From Escherichia phage FH3, in sequence record OR886155.1: a stretch of 64,000 nucleotides of DNA. One strand, 5' to 3'. The translations under genes were made by a program, and so were the position numbers. The notes under the pieces are model-generated. The model did no database searches, was not told the origin of the DNA, and saw nothing but the letters and a program-made list of their open reading frames with translations. Position 1 is the stretch's first letter; the number at the start of each line of letters is the position of its first letter. Below are positions 27,649 to 37,289 of the stretch, one piece after another.

Positions 27649-30600
27649 ATGGCGTTGTATCCAATAAAATCACTCGGTGCTGTCGGTGTTATTGCTGACC
27701 AAGCACCTACTGATTTAGCTCCTAACGCTTTCACTAACGCTATAAACGCTCGATTTGTTGAGCAGAGAGTTTTTAAGACGGGGGGCAATGCCCCTCTTTC
27801 TTACGTAGATGAAGATAAGGATCTAACCCCATTATCTTTCATATCTATGCCTTTCGATTACTATAGTGCAGGTAATAGCTTTCTTATTGTGGGAACCAAT
27901 AAGAAGTTATATAAACTAACAGATGAAAGCTTAACTGATATCAGCAGGAAAGTTGCTACGGTCACTAAAAAAGCTTCTGCTAATATCAAGATATACCCTG
28001 TAGTCTCTAGGATTACTCCTAAAGAGTCTACTATTTCTATGAACTTCAACCAAACTAAATCTCTAGAAGTTACAATCTCTCCAGAAGATGCTAATAACCC
28101 TGAACTTGTTTGGAGTGTTAGTAACTCTTCTTACGGTCAGATCACTGTAGACCCTACTGACTCTAAGAAAGCCTCTTTGACGTCTTTGAATAAAGAAGGT
28201 AATCTCGTAGTTACAGTTCAGACTAAAGATGAATCTGTATCAGCTCAGATTGCTGTCAATATTATTGACGGAGACTCAGGTATTTTCTTGAGTCAGGATA
28301 CTCTGACTGTCCGTAAAGGTGGAAATACTACCATAACTGCGGTGACTGGTAAAACTCCTGTAAGTTGGTCCACTACTAATGGCTCTATCATTTCTATAAC
28401 ACCTAATGCTAACACACTCACAGCAGTGCTTGTAGCTAATGGAGAAGGGACAGCAACTGTTACAGCAGACAATGGAACAAAAACTGCATCATGTATTGTT
28501 AATGTAATCCCACAGATTGATAGTATTACTCTGAGTCAAACAGATGTTACCATTAATAGAGGGGTTCAATATATTCTCACAGCTACAGTGTCTCCAACGA
28601 ATGCTCCTAATAAAAATATAACATGGACTTCCTCTAACCCGAATATTGCTACAGTGTCTGGTACGAGCACAGAGGCTACCATCACTGCAATTACAGCTGG
28701 ATTCACTGAGATTACTGCTACTACTCAAGAGGGCAACAGAACCGCTGTCTGTACAGTTCGTGTAGATTTGGCTGGAAGGATGATGAGAACCTCTCTTATG
28801 GCTGAGTCTTCTACTGAACCAGATGCTCCAGAAGTGGTTGAGGATGTAGTAGTTCCTGAATCAGAAGAGGTTTTATATTTTGCATCACCCTCCTCTGGGA
28901 TTGATACTACTGGAATGTCTGAAGGAAATAGCTTCTATGATTATTCAAACGTTGATGACATGGAAGGTTTTGCAAGAGCCTCTCTTTTTGCCACTCCTTT
29001 AGACTCTGTAACATTAGATGTAGTTAGTGCTTCTCTTGATGTAGGAGAGGAGATCGTTATTACAGCTACAGCGTCTCCAGAGGGTGACTACTCGTACTTA
29101 TGGTCTGTAGACAAAACTGGCTATGTCTCAACTACTTCAGTAACTGGTAAATCTATTAAACTTACAGCTCTTCGCAAAGGTGAGATTAACATAACATGTT
29201 CTGTCAGCCAAATGACACAAAGGGATTATGACGCGTTTGACGACTATCCTTGGTATCATGCTGTTATATCAAACTGTGCAGTTGCTACAACTCACTATGA
29301 AACACCACAAGTAAAAGAATTCGAATCTGAACATTTTACTGATCTTCCGGGGTGGGGAGAACAAACAGTGGTAGATAGTGATGGGAATCCTTCAGTTAAG
29401 AAGTTCAACTGGAAATGTGAAAGAGTTCGTTCTTTTAACAACAGGCTCTTTGCCCTGAATATGAGGGAATCAAATGCTTCTGGCGTTACAACTAACTACC
29501 CACTTCGTCTTCGTTGGTCTAATTTTGCTAATGAGAACAAAGCTCCTACACTATGGGATGACTTTGCCTATGATCGTTTAGTAACATCTGACTTAGCTTC
29601 GAACATAGTTGGGCAGACTGAGGCTCTGGAAAATGGTTATGCTGGTTACATTGATTTAGCAGACTCCAATGGCAGCTTGATTGATATCCTACCTCTTAAA
29701 GATTACTTGTTCGTTTACACGGAGTTTGAAACGTACATTGGTTCTCCGACTAATAACACGTATCAACCACTGATGTTCAAGAAACTCTTTAATGACTCTG
29801 GTATCCTTGCTCCTGAGTGTGCAGTTGAAGTAGAAGGTAGCCATTTCGTTGTTACTCAGAACGATGTGATCTTACATAACGGCGCAACTAAGAAGTCAAT
29901 CGCTTCCAACCGTGTCAAGAACATGCTGATTAATGAGATCTGTCTGGTCAACCCGTTAGCTACCAGAGTTCACTTACATCAAGATAAAAAGGAGGTTTGG
30001 ATTCTTTATGTAGGTCCGGGAGAGCCTAAGGAAAGTTATGCTTGTACTAAAGCTGCTGTATGGAATTACGAGTTTGATACTTGGTCTTTCCGTACTATCC
30101 CATATGCTCAGTGTATTGGTTTGGTTGATCCTCCTGTCCTTGAAAGGGGTCCAATTTGGGCTGACTTCCAAGAAATCACTTGGGATGACCCATCGATCAA
30201 AGAGCTTGTTTGGAGAAAGGATGCAACAAACTTCAGACAGAGGATTACGATAGTAGGTTCATTCTTGAGGGGATTCTACCAAGTGGATGTAGGCGCTCTT
30301 GACTATTTCTATGACAGATTAAATGATGCTGTTATAGAGAAGCCTCTGGAAATGAGGTTGGAGAGGACTGGTATAGATTTTGATAATGTGACGAATGAGT
30401 GGAATCAGAAGCATGTTAATAGATTCCGTCCTCAGACAACTGGCTCAGGCACCTATACCTTTGAAGCTGGAGGTAGTCAATTCTCAAATGAATATGGACA
30501 CCCACACACATCTAAGACTTATACAATCGGTGTTGACAGACATGTCTCGGTGAGACTGAACCATCCATACCTTTTCTATAATGTTATAGATAATGATGTT

Positions 30601-30660
30601 AACAGTAATGCTGCTATCAATGGGTTAACGATAGAGTTTGCTGTTGGCGGACGGAGATAA
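27649..30660 (+). CDS. large tail protein with tandem Ig-like (BIG2-type) domains
   Basis: 1003 aa; repeated TxxVxPxxA...W(S/T)SSN...ATV...G.ATITA modules in the N-terminal third. Confidence 0.5.
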   Translation: MALYPIKSLGAVGVIADQAPTDLAPNAFTNAINARFVEQRVFKTGGNAPLSYVDEDKDLTPLSFISMPFDYYSAGNSFLIVGTNKKLYKLTDESLTDISRKVATVTKKASANIKIYPVVSRITPKESTISMNFNQTKSLEVTISPEDANNPELVWSVSNSSYGQITVDPTDSKKASLTSLNKEGNLVVTVQTKDESVSAQIAVNIIDGDSGIFLSQDTLTVRKGGNTTITAVTGKTPVSWSTTNGSIISITPNANTLTAVLVANGEGTATVTADNGTKTASCIVNVIPQIDSITLSQTDVTINRGVQYILTATVSPTNAPNKNITWTSSNPNIATVSGTSTEATITAITAGFTEITATTQEGNRTAVCTVRVDLAGRMMRTSLMAESSTEPDAPEVVEDVVVPESEEVLYFASPSSGIDTTGMSEGNSFYDYSNVDDMEGFARASLFATPLDSVTLDVVSASLDVGEEIVITATASPEGDYSYLWSVDKTGYVSTTSVTGKSIKLTALRKGEINITCSVSQMTQRDYDAFDDYPWYHAVISNCAVATTHYETPQVKEFESEHFTDLPGWGEQTVVDSDGNPSVKKFNWKCERVRSFNNRLFALNMRESNASGVTTNYPLRLRWSNFANENKAPTLWDDFAYDRLVTSDLASNIVGQTEALENGYAGYIDLADSNGSLIDILPLKDYLFVYTEFETYIGSPTNNTYQPLMFKKLFNDSGILAPECAVEVEGSHFVVTQNDVILHNGATKKSIASNRVKNMLINEICLVNPLATRVHLHQDKKEVWILYVGPGEPKESYACTKAAVWNYEFDTWSFRTIPYAQCIGLVDPPVLERGPIWADFQEITWDDPSIKELVWRKDATNFRQRITIVGSFLRGFYQVDVGALDYFYDRLNDAVIEKPLEMRLERTGIDFDNVTNEWNQKHVNRFRPQTTGSGTYTFEAGGSQFSNEYGHPHTSKTYTIGVDRHVSVRLNHPYLFYNVIDNDVNSNAAINGLTIEFAVGGRR

Positions 30661-31672
30661 CAACAAGGGGCTTCGTGCCCCTTTTATTGTTTTGGAGGAA
30701 CTTATGGGTGCAGGTGGTTTTCGTAAGAACACTGGTCGTAATAACACCACACTCCCGTACAACGTTGGGTTTCTCAATAATGTACAGGACACAGAAACAT
30801 ATAACGTAGCCGTATATGACGAGCTACAGAAAGTTAGTACAGCTACTAACCAAATGTTCCAAGCTATTGATGAGATTCACGATGAGATTGATGTTCGTAT
30901 CAAAGCTCTTCATGCGATGAATCTACAATTTGATGAGCTTGAGAATAGAGTTACTACAGAGATAGAGACAGCTATTGCAGATATCCAAACTCAAATGGGG
31001 AACTTATCCACTGAAGATATTTGGGATAATTCTGTTCAACCTCCTGTAAAATTAGAAAGCACTGTATCTGGCTTTAAAACTAGTATTGAAGGTAACACAA
31101 CTAAGATTCAAACGGTAGAAGGGATTGTTAACGACCAAGGTCAAGAGATCGCTTTAGTTCAGACAGAGATTCAAAATATCAACGGAAGCCTTTCTCAGTA
31201 TATGAAACTCTCTGAGTATGAAGCTACGTGGGGTGTTAACTCTACAGTCAACGGAAAATATGCTGGGGTCAAGCTAACTAACAACGGAACAAACAGTCAA
31301 TTCCAAGTAACAGCTAACAAATTTATTGTTGGTGATGGCAGCTCCGGTAACACTCCTTTTGTTTTTGAAAACGGTAGAGCGAAGATGGAGTTTGCTGACA
31401 TAAAGAATGTCAACATTACAACTGCTATGATTGCTGACGCTAGGATACAGTGGGCACAAATTGATAATGTCAACATCACAAACGCACAGATTCAGAGTTT
31501 GTCTGCTAATAAAATTACCGCTGGTTCTATGAGTGGTACAAACTGGAGATTGACTGTTGGTGGTGATTTTGTTATGGGTGGTACTGGTGGTTCTCAGCTA
31601 TGGATGAATGGGAACAGGATAGATTTTTATGATGGAAGTGGTACACTCCGTATCAGAATAGGGAGTTGGTAA
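30638..31672 (+). CDS. tail fibre-like structural protein
   Basis: Coiled-coil N-terminus then ...NITTAMIADARIQWAQIDNVNITNAQIQSL... repeats; true start may be the internal Met near 30704. Confidence 0.4.
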   Translation: MLLADGDNNKGLRAPFIVLEELMGAGGFRKNTGRNNTTLPYNVGFLNNVQDTETYNVAVYDELQKVSTATNQMFQAIDEIHDEIDVRIKALHAMNLQFDELENRVTTEIETAIADIQTQMGNLSTEDIWDNSVQPPVKLESTVSGFKTSIEGNTTKIQTVEGIVNDQGQEIALVQTEIQNINGSLSQYMKLSEYEATWGVNSTVNGKYAGVKLTNNGTNSQFQVTANKFIVGDGSSGNTPFVFENGRAKMEFADIKNVNITTAMIADARIQWAQIDNVNITNAQIQSLSANKITAGSMSGTNWRLTVGGDFVMGGTGGSQLWMNGNRIDFYDGSGTLRIRIGSW

Positions 31673-31673
31673 T

Positions 31674-32708
31674 ATGGCATATGGAATATGGACAACGCCA
31701 GTTGGACCGGGACCAGCTTCTCCGGCTGAGATTTTTATTGATAGTAATTCCACTTTCCCTCAATTCAAGAATAGGGTCAGTGGTAATTACAACTTTAATG
31801 GAGGTAGTAGAGATTTCCCTATTTCTGGATGGGATGGCTCAGGCCAAATTGTTGTAGTCCCAACCGGCTCTTTGTGTTGGCAATGGGAAGTCCCTCCTAA
31901 CCTTGTCCCTGATGTGTATGTTGTAAATAACATAAGTATTGTGAATAACTCAACTTTTAGGGTTAGCATAAATATGAATCCCGGAAGTAACCCATTGTTT
32001 GACGTGGCTTTCAATGTATATCAAATATGGCCTAGAGCTAATAGAAACTACGGGATAACCTTTTCAAACACAGCTGATTACTTCTCTATATCAGATGCTG
32101 GGGTTGTTGGTCAATGTATTTGGGCTTGGGAAGGAAACATTAATGGTTCTATGCAAATACCAGCCATCAGTGGTTTTGATATGTCAAGAGCTTCTGTGTT
32201 TGCTAACTGGTCTGGAGGGCAAGGTTTACTGTACGATGCAGGGAGTCGTAATATCAGAGTTTATCAAAACAGAACATACGACAATGGAAACAACAACCAA
32301 ACAGGTACAATCAACAATGTGAGAGTTGCAGTGTTCTGTGATGGGGCTGGTGTTCCTACTCACAATGGTGGATTGAACATCTACTCACCTAATGGTTCTC
32401 AATGTGTATTCTCTACTTACAGAACACCTTTTATGGTTGATCGCTTTATGGCTATGAGTGGAGGAGACACTGGACTATCCTATCCTATGATTCCTCTGAC
32501 GAATGGGGCTGGTTCAATTAGAGGCCAAGCTGGTAGTTGGTATTTCCAACACGCAAGATCTCATATAATGAACGGGTCTTCTTTTGGCACAGGGTATGGT
32601 CGATATATGTTCCAGTGGAGTAGAAACTACGATATGGGTGGTGGTGGGGCTATCTCCCTTCAGGTTCCAGTACTAGATGCTAGGAAGATTTTTAGAAGCA
32701 TACAATAA
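31674..32708 (+). CDS. virion structural protein
   Basis: ORF track, 344 aa, in tail gene block. Confidence 0.35.
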   Translation: MAYGIWTTPVGPGPASPAEIFIDSNSTFPQFKNRVSGNYNFNGGSRDFPISGWDGSGQIVVVPTGSLCWQWEVPPNLVPDVYVVNNISIVNNSTFRVSINMNPGSNPLFDVAFNVYQIWPRANRNYGITFSNTADYFSISDAGVVGQCIWAWEGNINGSMQIPAISGFDMSRASVFANWSGGQGLLYDAGSRNIRVYQNRTYDNGNNNQTGTINNVRVAVFCDGAGVPTHNGGLNIYSPNGSQCVFSTYRTPFMVDRFMAMSGGDTGLSYPMIPLTNGAGSIRGQAGSWYFQHARSHIMNGSSFGTGYGRYMFQWSRNYDMGGGGAISLQVPVLDARKIFRSIQ

Positions 32709-32717
32709 GGAGAGCTT

Positions 32718-33500
32718 ATGGCAATTAGAATGGATATAGAAGAACTAGACCCGATGGTTCAACAGGCTTCAAAGAAGTATGGAATCCCAGCTGCTTTGAT
32801 TCATGCTGTAATCCAAAGAGAGTCTAGCGGACGTCCTAAGGTGGCTTCCGGAACTGGTCCTGTCGGTTTGATGCAGATCAGTAAAGGGTTAGCCAAAGAC
32901 TATGGTTACAAACTAGAAGATAGACTTGATCCAGCAAAGAATATCGACATGGGTGCTCGTTACATCAGAGACAACCTGAAAGCTTTTAATGGTGACGTTA
33001 AGAAGGCAATGGTCGGTTACTCAGAGGGAACTGGTGGTGCTAAGCAGATGTTCGCTGGTAAGAAAGGATTTACCCCTCAGGCTCTAGATTCAATGAACAA
33101 CAAACACTTTCTTCCTTTTTATGGTGATGCAGCTTCTCAGATTGCTAACCCTGTTGGAGCTTTGCAAGCTGTTCAACCAGTCAATCAGTTTAGTCCTGAC
33201 TTATTAGATAGAGAGAAGGCCGCACAAGCTCCGACTCAGGCAGAAATTGCTGCTTCTAAGACTGGTGCTTTAGGTGGCAATCCAGTAGAGTTTTACTCTG
33301 ATGAAGCACAAGAAGGGGAAGATCAGAAGCCTCAACAGAACTTTGGTAATGCAGTATTAGGGGTAGCTGCTATGCTTGCTGGTAAACCTCCTACTTCTCA
33401 AACAGTTCAGAGGGCAAGTGCACCACATGCGGCAGGTTCTCAGTACAGTCCACAAACACAAGCAGTGCTCAGACGTTTGGCTAGCATTGGTGTAAAGTAA
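32718..33500 (+). CDS. lytic transglycosylase (SLT domain), virion-associated
   Basis: ALIHAVIQRESSGRP...GLMQISKGLAKDYGY... catalytic E-S motif. Confidence 0.8.
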   Translation: MAIRMDIEELDPMVQQASKKYGIPAALIHAVIQRESSGRPKVASGTGPVGLMQISKGLAKDYGYKLEDRLDPAKNIDMGARYIRDNLKAFNGDVKKAMVGYSEGTGGAKQMFAGKKGFTPQALDSMNNKHFLPFYGDAASQIANPVGALQAVQPVNQFSPDLLDREKAAQAPTQAEIAASKTGALGGNPVEFYSDEAQEGEDQKPQQNFGNAVLGVAAMLAGKPPTSQTVQRASAPHAAGSQYSPQTQAVLRRLASIGVK

Positions 33501-33519
33501 TAATCTTTAAGGAGGACTT

Positions 33520-34572
33520 ATGTCTTTATTTGGAAAATCAGCTTCTAGCAAAATCACAGTGGCCCCTTCCTCTCAGGTTGATGCCCTGCTGAAGCAGATT
33601 GTTGCTAATGCTCAGAATATGCAGAACAACGATCCGGGATTCATCTCCCAACAACTGGCTGGGTTTAATGGCAACCAACAAGGTGCTCTGAATAACTTAG
33701 CAGCTTCTACTACTCAGAAGCAATTGGCTGATATGTACACACCTCGTACACAGCAAGGGTTGGACCAATTAAACTCTCTTGCACAGCAGTATCAGAATAT
33801 TGTCAACAGTGGTGGGGTTACAGCTGATGGTGTTAATAATTTTAGCAAAGGTTTGAACAATTCAGCTTTAGCTCAAGCTACTAGCAAAGCAGCTTCCAAC
33901 GTATCTCTCGGAAATGGTTCTGACTCAGGTTCTCTTCGTAGAGCTGCTGCTCAGGGTGCTGCTTTGAATGGTGCTAATACAAATCTATCTCGAACTATCA
34001 ATGGAAAGAATATGGGAATTAATGCCCTTCAACAAGACCAAAACTTCCAGAGAGGCTTACTTGGTGCTCAGTTGGGGTTAGCTGGACAGAACCTTAATCT
34101 TGGTGCACAAGGTGTTCAGGCAACCCAACAAGCTATCCAGAATCAACTCTTGGCTGGTAATTTACAACAGCGACAAGATCAAGCTCAAGCTGACATTAAT
34201 TGGCAGAATGCTATTGGCTCTAGGCAGTATGGGTGGAATCAGCTTAACAACCAGCTTAATGTATTAAACAGTGTAAGCCCAATGGCTGGGTACACAATTA
34301 AGAATGCCGCTCCGGGTATTAACACAGGACAGCAGATTCTCGGTGCTGGTATCACTGGATTAGGTATTGCAGGTCGTATGGGTGCTTTCTCTCCTAACCA
34401 ACAGACTCAGAATGCTTGGAGTTCCTATAACAACTCAGGTGGGCAATCTGGAATGGCTGGTCCTATGATTGGAGGTTCTAATCTTTCTCAACAGAAAGGT
34501 CAGTCTAACTGGTTATCCACAGCAGGTAGTAATATCTTAGGTGGTGTCTTAGGGGCATTCGGAGCAAACTAA
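33520..34572 (+). CDS. Q/N/G-rich virion protein (possible internal/ejection protein)
   Basis: Low-complexity Q/N/G/A composition; position in structural operon. Confidence 0.35.
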   Translation: MSLFGKSASSKITVAPSSQVDALLKQIVANAQNMQNNDPGFISQQLAGFNGNQQGALNNLAASTTQKQLADMYTPRTQQGLDQLNSLAQQYQNIVNSGGVTADGVNNFSKGLNNSALAQATSKAASNVSLGNGSDSGSLRRAAAQGAALNGANTNLSRTINGKNMGINALQQDQNFQRGLLGAQLGLAGQNLNLGAQGVQATQQAIQNQLLAGNLQQRQDQAQADINWQNAIGSRQYGWNQLNNQLNVLNSVSPMAGYTIKNAAPGINTGQQILGAGITGLGIAGRMGAFSPNQQTQNAWSSYNNSGGQSGMAGPMIGGSNLSQQKGQSNWLSTAGSNILGGVLGAFGAN

Positions 34573-34584
34573 AGGAGATTTAAT

Positions 34585-35553
34585 ATGGCTTTATTTGGAG
34601 GAGGGAATAGTAAAACTACTTCCCAAATGATTCGCCCTGAATACATTCAACAGTATATTGACCAGCTTAATAAGCAGATTGGTAATACCAGTTCAGGGGA
34701 TTATGTTTATCGAGATAATGTAGGGTTTAATAACAACCAGACGGAGGCACTTAATAACTTAGCACAATCTGGTGCTCTAGGAACTCTCTCACAGCAATAT
34801 ATGGATGCAGCAGGTCAAGGGTTAGGGTATCTGGATAATGCCTATAAAGGTTATCAGAGCCTCTCTGGACAAGGTGGGATTACTGGAGAACAGATCGGTG
34901 CTCTCGCTGGTCAACTGTATGATGACGATGCTGTGCAAGCAGCTATTACAGCTAATAATGAGCAGGTTCAACAGAACTTGGCACGTAATGCGCTTCCTCA
35001 GTTAGCTCAACAGTTTGCTGGTCAACAAGGCTCAGGTGCTCGTATGGCTAAGTCTTTTGCCCAAGGTGATGCTCTGAATCAGATGCAAGGGCAAGCAACA
35101 GACATTACCAATAGTGCCTATAACTCTGCTATTAGCCAAGCTGAAAGTATCCTCTCTGGTAATAGGCAGAATCAGGCAGCTGCTCTCTCAGGTCTTTCTA
35201 ATATTGGTTCTAACCTTTCTAACCTAGGTCAACAGGGTGCTAATTTGTCTCAACAGCAAATGATGAATCAATGGAATGCAGGGTTGCAGCAACAACAGCA
35301 ACAACAGAATGAATATGATAATGCCTACCAGAATGCTCAGAATGCAGCTAATTGGGGATGGCAGGATATCAACAACCAACTCGGTGCAGCAGGTGTACTT
35401 AACGGCGCTCTCGGACAAACTACAACTACTAAAACATCTGGTGGCAAAGGTGGTTTCCTTGGTGGAGCTATGAGTGGTGCAGCAGCAGGTTCTTCCTTTG
35501 GGCCTTGGGGTGCATTAGCTGGGGGTGTAATCGGTGGGTTGGCTAGTACTTAA
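34585..35553 (+). CDS. Q/N/G-rich virion protein, related in composition to the preceding gene
   Basis: N-terminus MALFGGGNSKT... parallels MSLFGKSASSK... of 33520-34572; poly-Q run. Confidence 0.35.
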   Translation: MALFGGGNSKTTSQMIRPEYIQQYIDQLNKQIGNTSSGDYVYRDNVGFNNNQTEALNNLAQSGALGTLSQQYMDAAGQGLGYLDNAYKGYQSLSGQGGITGEQIGALAGQLYDDDAVQAAITANNEQVQQNLARNALPQLAQQFAGQQGSGARMAKSFAQGDALNQMQGQATDITNSAYNSAISQAESILSGNRQNQAAALSGLSNIGSNLSNLGQQGANLSQQQMMNQWNAGLQQQQQQQNEYDNAYQNAQNAANWGWQDINNQLGAAGVLNGALGQTTTTKTSGGKGGFLGGAMSGAAAGSSFGPWGALAGGVIGGLAST

Positions 35554-35566
35554 TTAGGAGATAAAT

Positions 35567-37222
35567 ATGCAACAGACAACTTACGCTCAGGTTAGAAGTC
35601 GTGACCCGAGAAATACTTTCTATGGTGTTAATCCAGGAGCGGCTTCGGCCTCTCCTTATATGGCTAGACCGACTCAGACAGCAGACATTTCTATGTACCA
35701 ACGTCCTGCTGTACCTTCATCTCTTGCTGGTCTTATCTCTCAGGCAGAAGAAGATCAGAATGCTATGATTAATCCGGGATTCCAGCAACGCCTTATGGAA
35801 CAGCAGAATCAAGGAACCCCTACCAGTCTTCAGGGTATTGATATTGGAGCACCAGCCCCTGTAGCGGCTAATCCTAACCTATCCACTGATCAAGGTTTAC
35901 AAGATGCAGGGCTTATGCCTAGTGACCCTCTTCCGGTAACACCTCCCCCTAAACCACTAGAAGCCGGTCCTATGGAGTTTACTCCTTCTCAGGTGGAACA
36001 GGCACAAGGTGTGATTAACACTCTTGCTCAAGGACAAGACACTGGTGATGGGATGGCTGCTGCTACTCGTGCTAAAGATCAGGAACGTGTTAACAATGAT
36101 ATCTTGCAAGTTGCGAAAGCTAAAGACCCTTCTGAAGCTTGGAACAAACTACAGAAAGAACCGTTCTATCAGAACTCTAGTTTCTATACAGGTTTGATGG
36201 GTGTAGGTCTTTCAATCATGTCAGGTAAGTCTCCTATCGAAGCTTTCCAGATTGGTCAGGGAATGGCTAATCAGGATGAGACTAAGAAGCAACTGGAAGC
36301 TAACCGTGATGCCCTGATTGAACAAGGTTTCTCTCAAGACTCGATCGCAGCTGCTATTGCTAACGGAGATCCTTCTCTGCTGAAGATGAAAGCTGTGGAC
36401 CCTGCTCAGAAAGAAGCGTTGTATGCTGCTCGTGAAGAACGACAGAATGCTGAATGGGACAGACGTCAACAGATTCAAGAGCAGACTATGCGTGAGCGTG
36501 CTGAGGAAACTCGTCGAGCCGCTGAAGAAAGAGCTAATATGAACTTTGAACGTCAGAAAGAGTTAATTGGGTATCGTGATCAAGTTAAGGCTGAACGTGC
36601 TGAACAAGCTGCTCAGAGTTTTAACTTTAACCCGAAAGAAGTTCGTCTTGCTCAGAATACAGCTGAAGGTACGGTTGCTAAGCAGTGGGCAGAGAAAGGT
36701 GGTCTGTTTAACCAGTCCAACAAAGACTTGGATTTGGCTGATAAGGCTGTTAAGGATAAAGACTATCAGACAGCTCGTTCTGCTTACATGCAGGCTATCA
36801 TGAACTCCGCAAGGGCTGAAATCGGTGCTACTCGTTCTCTTACCGAAGAAGATTTGGGGCACTTTGCAGAAGACCCATCAATCTTCATTCGTGTTGGCAA
36901 CAAGTTTGCACTTAAATCTGGATGGCGTCCTACTGATTCTGCTCTTGCTTATGCTCGTAAGCAGGCTAACGTTGGTCACACCTCTGCAATGAAAGGTGTT
37001 GCTGATGCTAAGAGAGCTACGATTGAAGCTTACATCGGTTCTGGTATGGATAAGAAGAGAGCTACTGCATTGGTTAACCGTGCAATCCCTTCTGGCGGTT
37101 TCTACGATCCTCTAGGTGTTTTCTCTGAACAAGCGGAAGAAGCAGTTGGTGGTGCAGCAACCAATCCTAAGCTTAATGGTGCTTTATCGGCTGTAGAAGA
37201 TACTAGCTGGTTCACGCAATAA
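35567..37222 (+). CDS. virion protein (possible internal/ejection protein)
   Basis: 551 aa, in the same operon. Confidence 0.35.
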   Translation: MQQTTYAQVRSRDPRNTFYGVNPGAASASPYMARPTQTADISMYQRPAVPSSLAGLISQAEEDQNAMINPGFQQRLMEQQNQGTPTSLQGIDIGAPAPVAANPNLSTDQGLQDAGLMPSDPLPVTPPPKPLEAGPMEFTPSQVEQAQGVINTLAQGQDTGDGMAAATRAKDQERVNNDILQVAKAKDPSEAWNKLQKEPFYQNSSFYTGLMGVGLSIMSGKSPIEAFQIGQGMANQDETKKQLEANRDALIEQGFSQDSIAAAIANGDPSLLKMKAVDPAQKEALYAAREERQNAEWDRRQQIQEQTMRERAEETRRAAEERANMNFERQKELIGYRDQVKAERAEQAAQSFNFNPKEVRLAQNTAEGTVAKQWAEKGGLFNQSNKDLDLADKAVKDKDYQTARSAYMQAIMNSARAEIGATRSLTEEDLGHFAEDPSIFIRVGNKFALKSGWRPTDSALAYARKQANVGHTSAMKGVADAKRATIEAYIGSGMDKKRATALVNRAIPSGGFYDPLGVFSEQAEEAVGGAATNPKLNGALSAVEDTSWFTQ

Positions 37223-37289
37223 GACCTAAGTCCTGCCTTCTATAATGTATATAGGGGGTAGGACATTTTTATTTATAAAAGGAGACGTT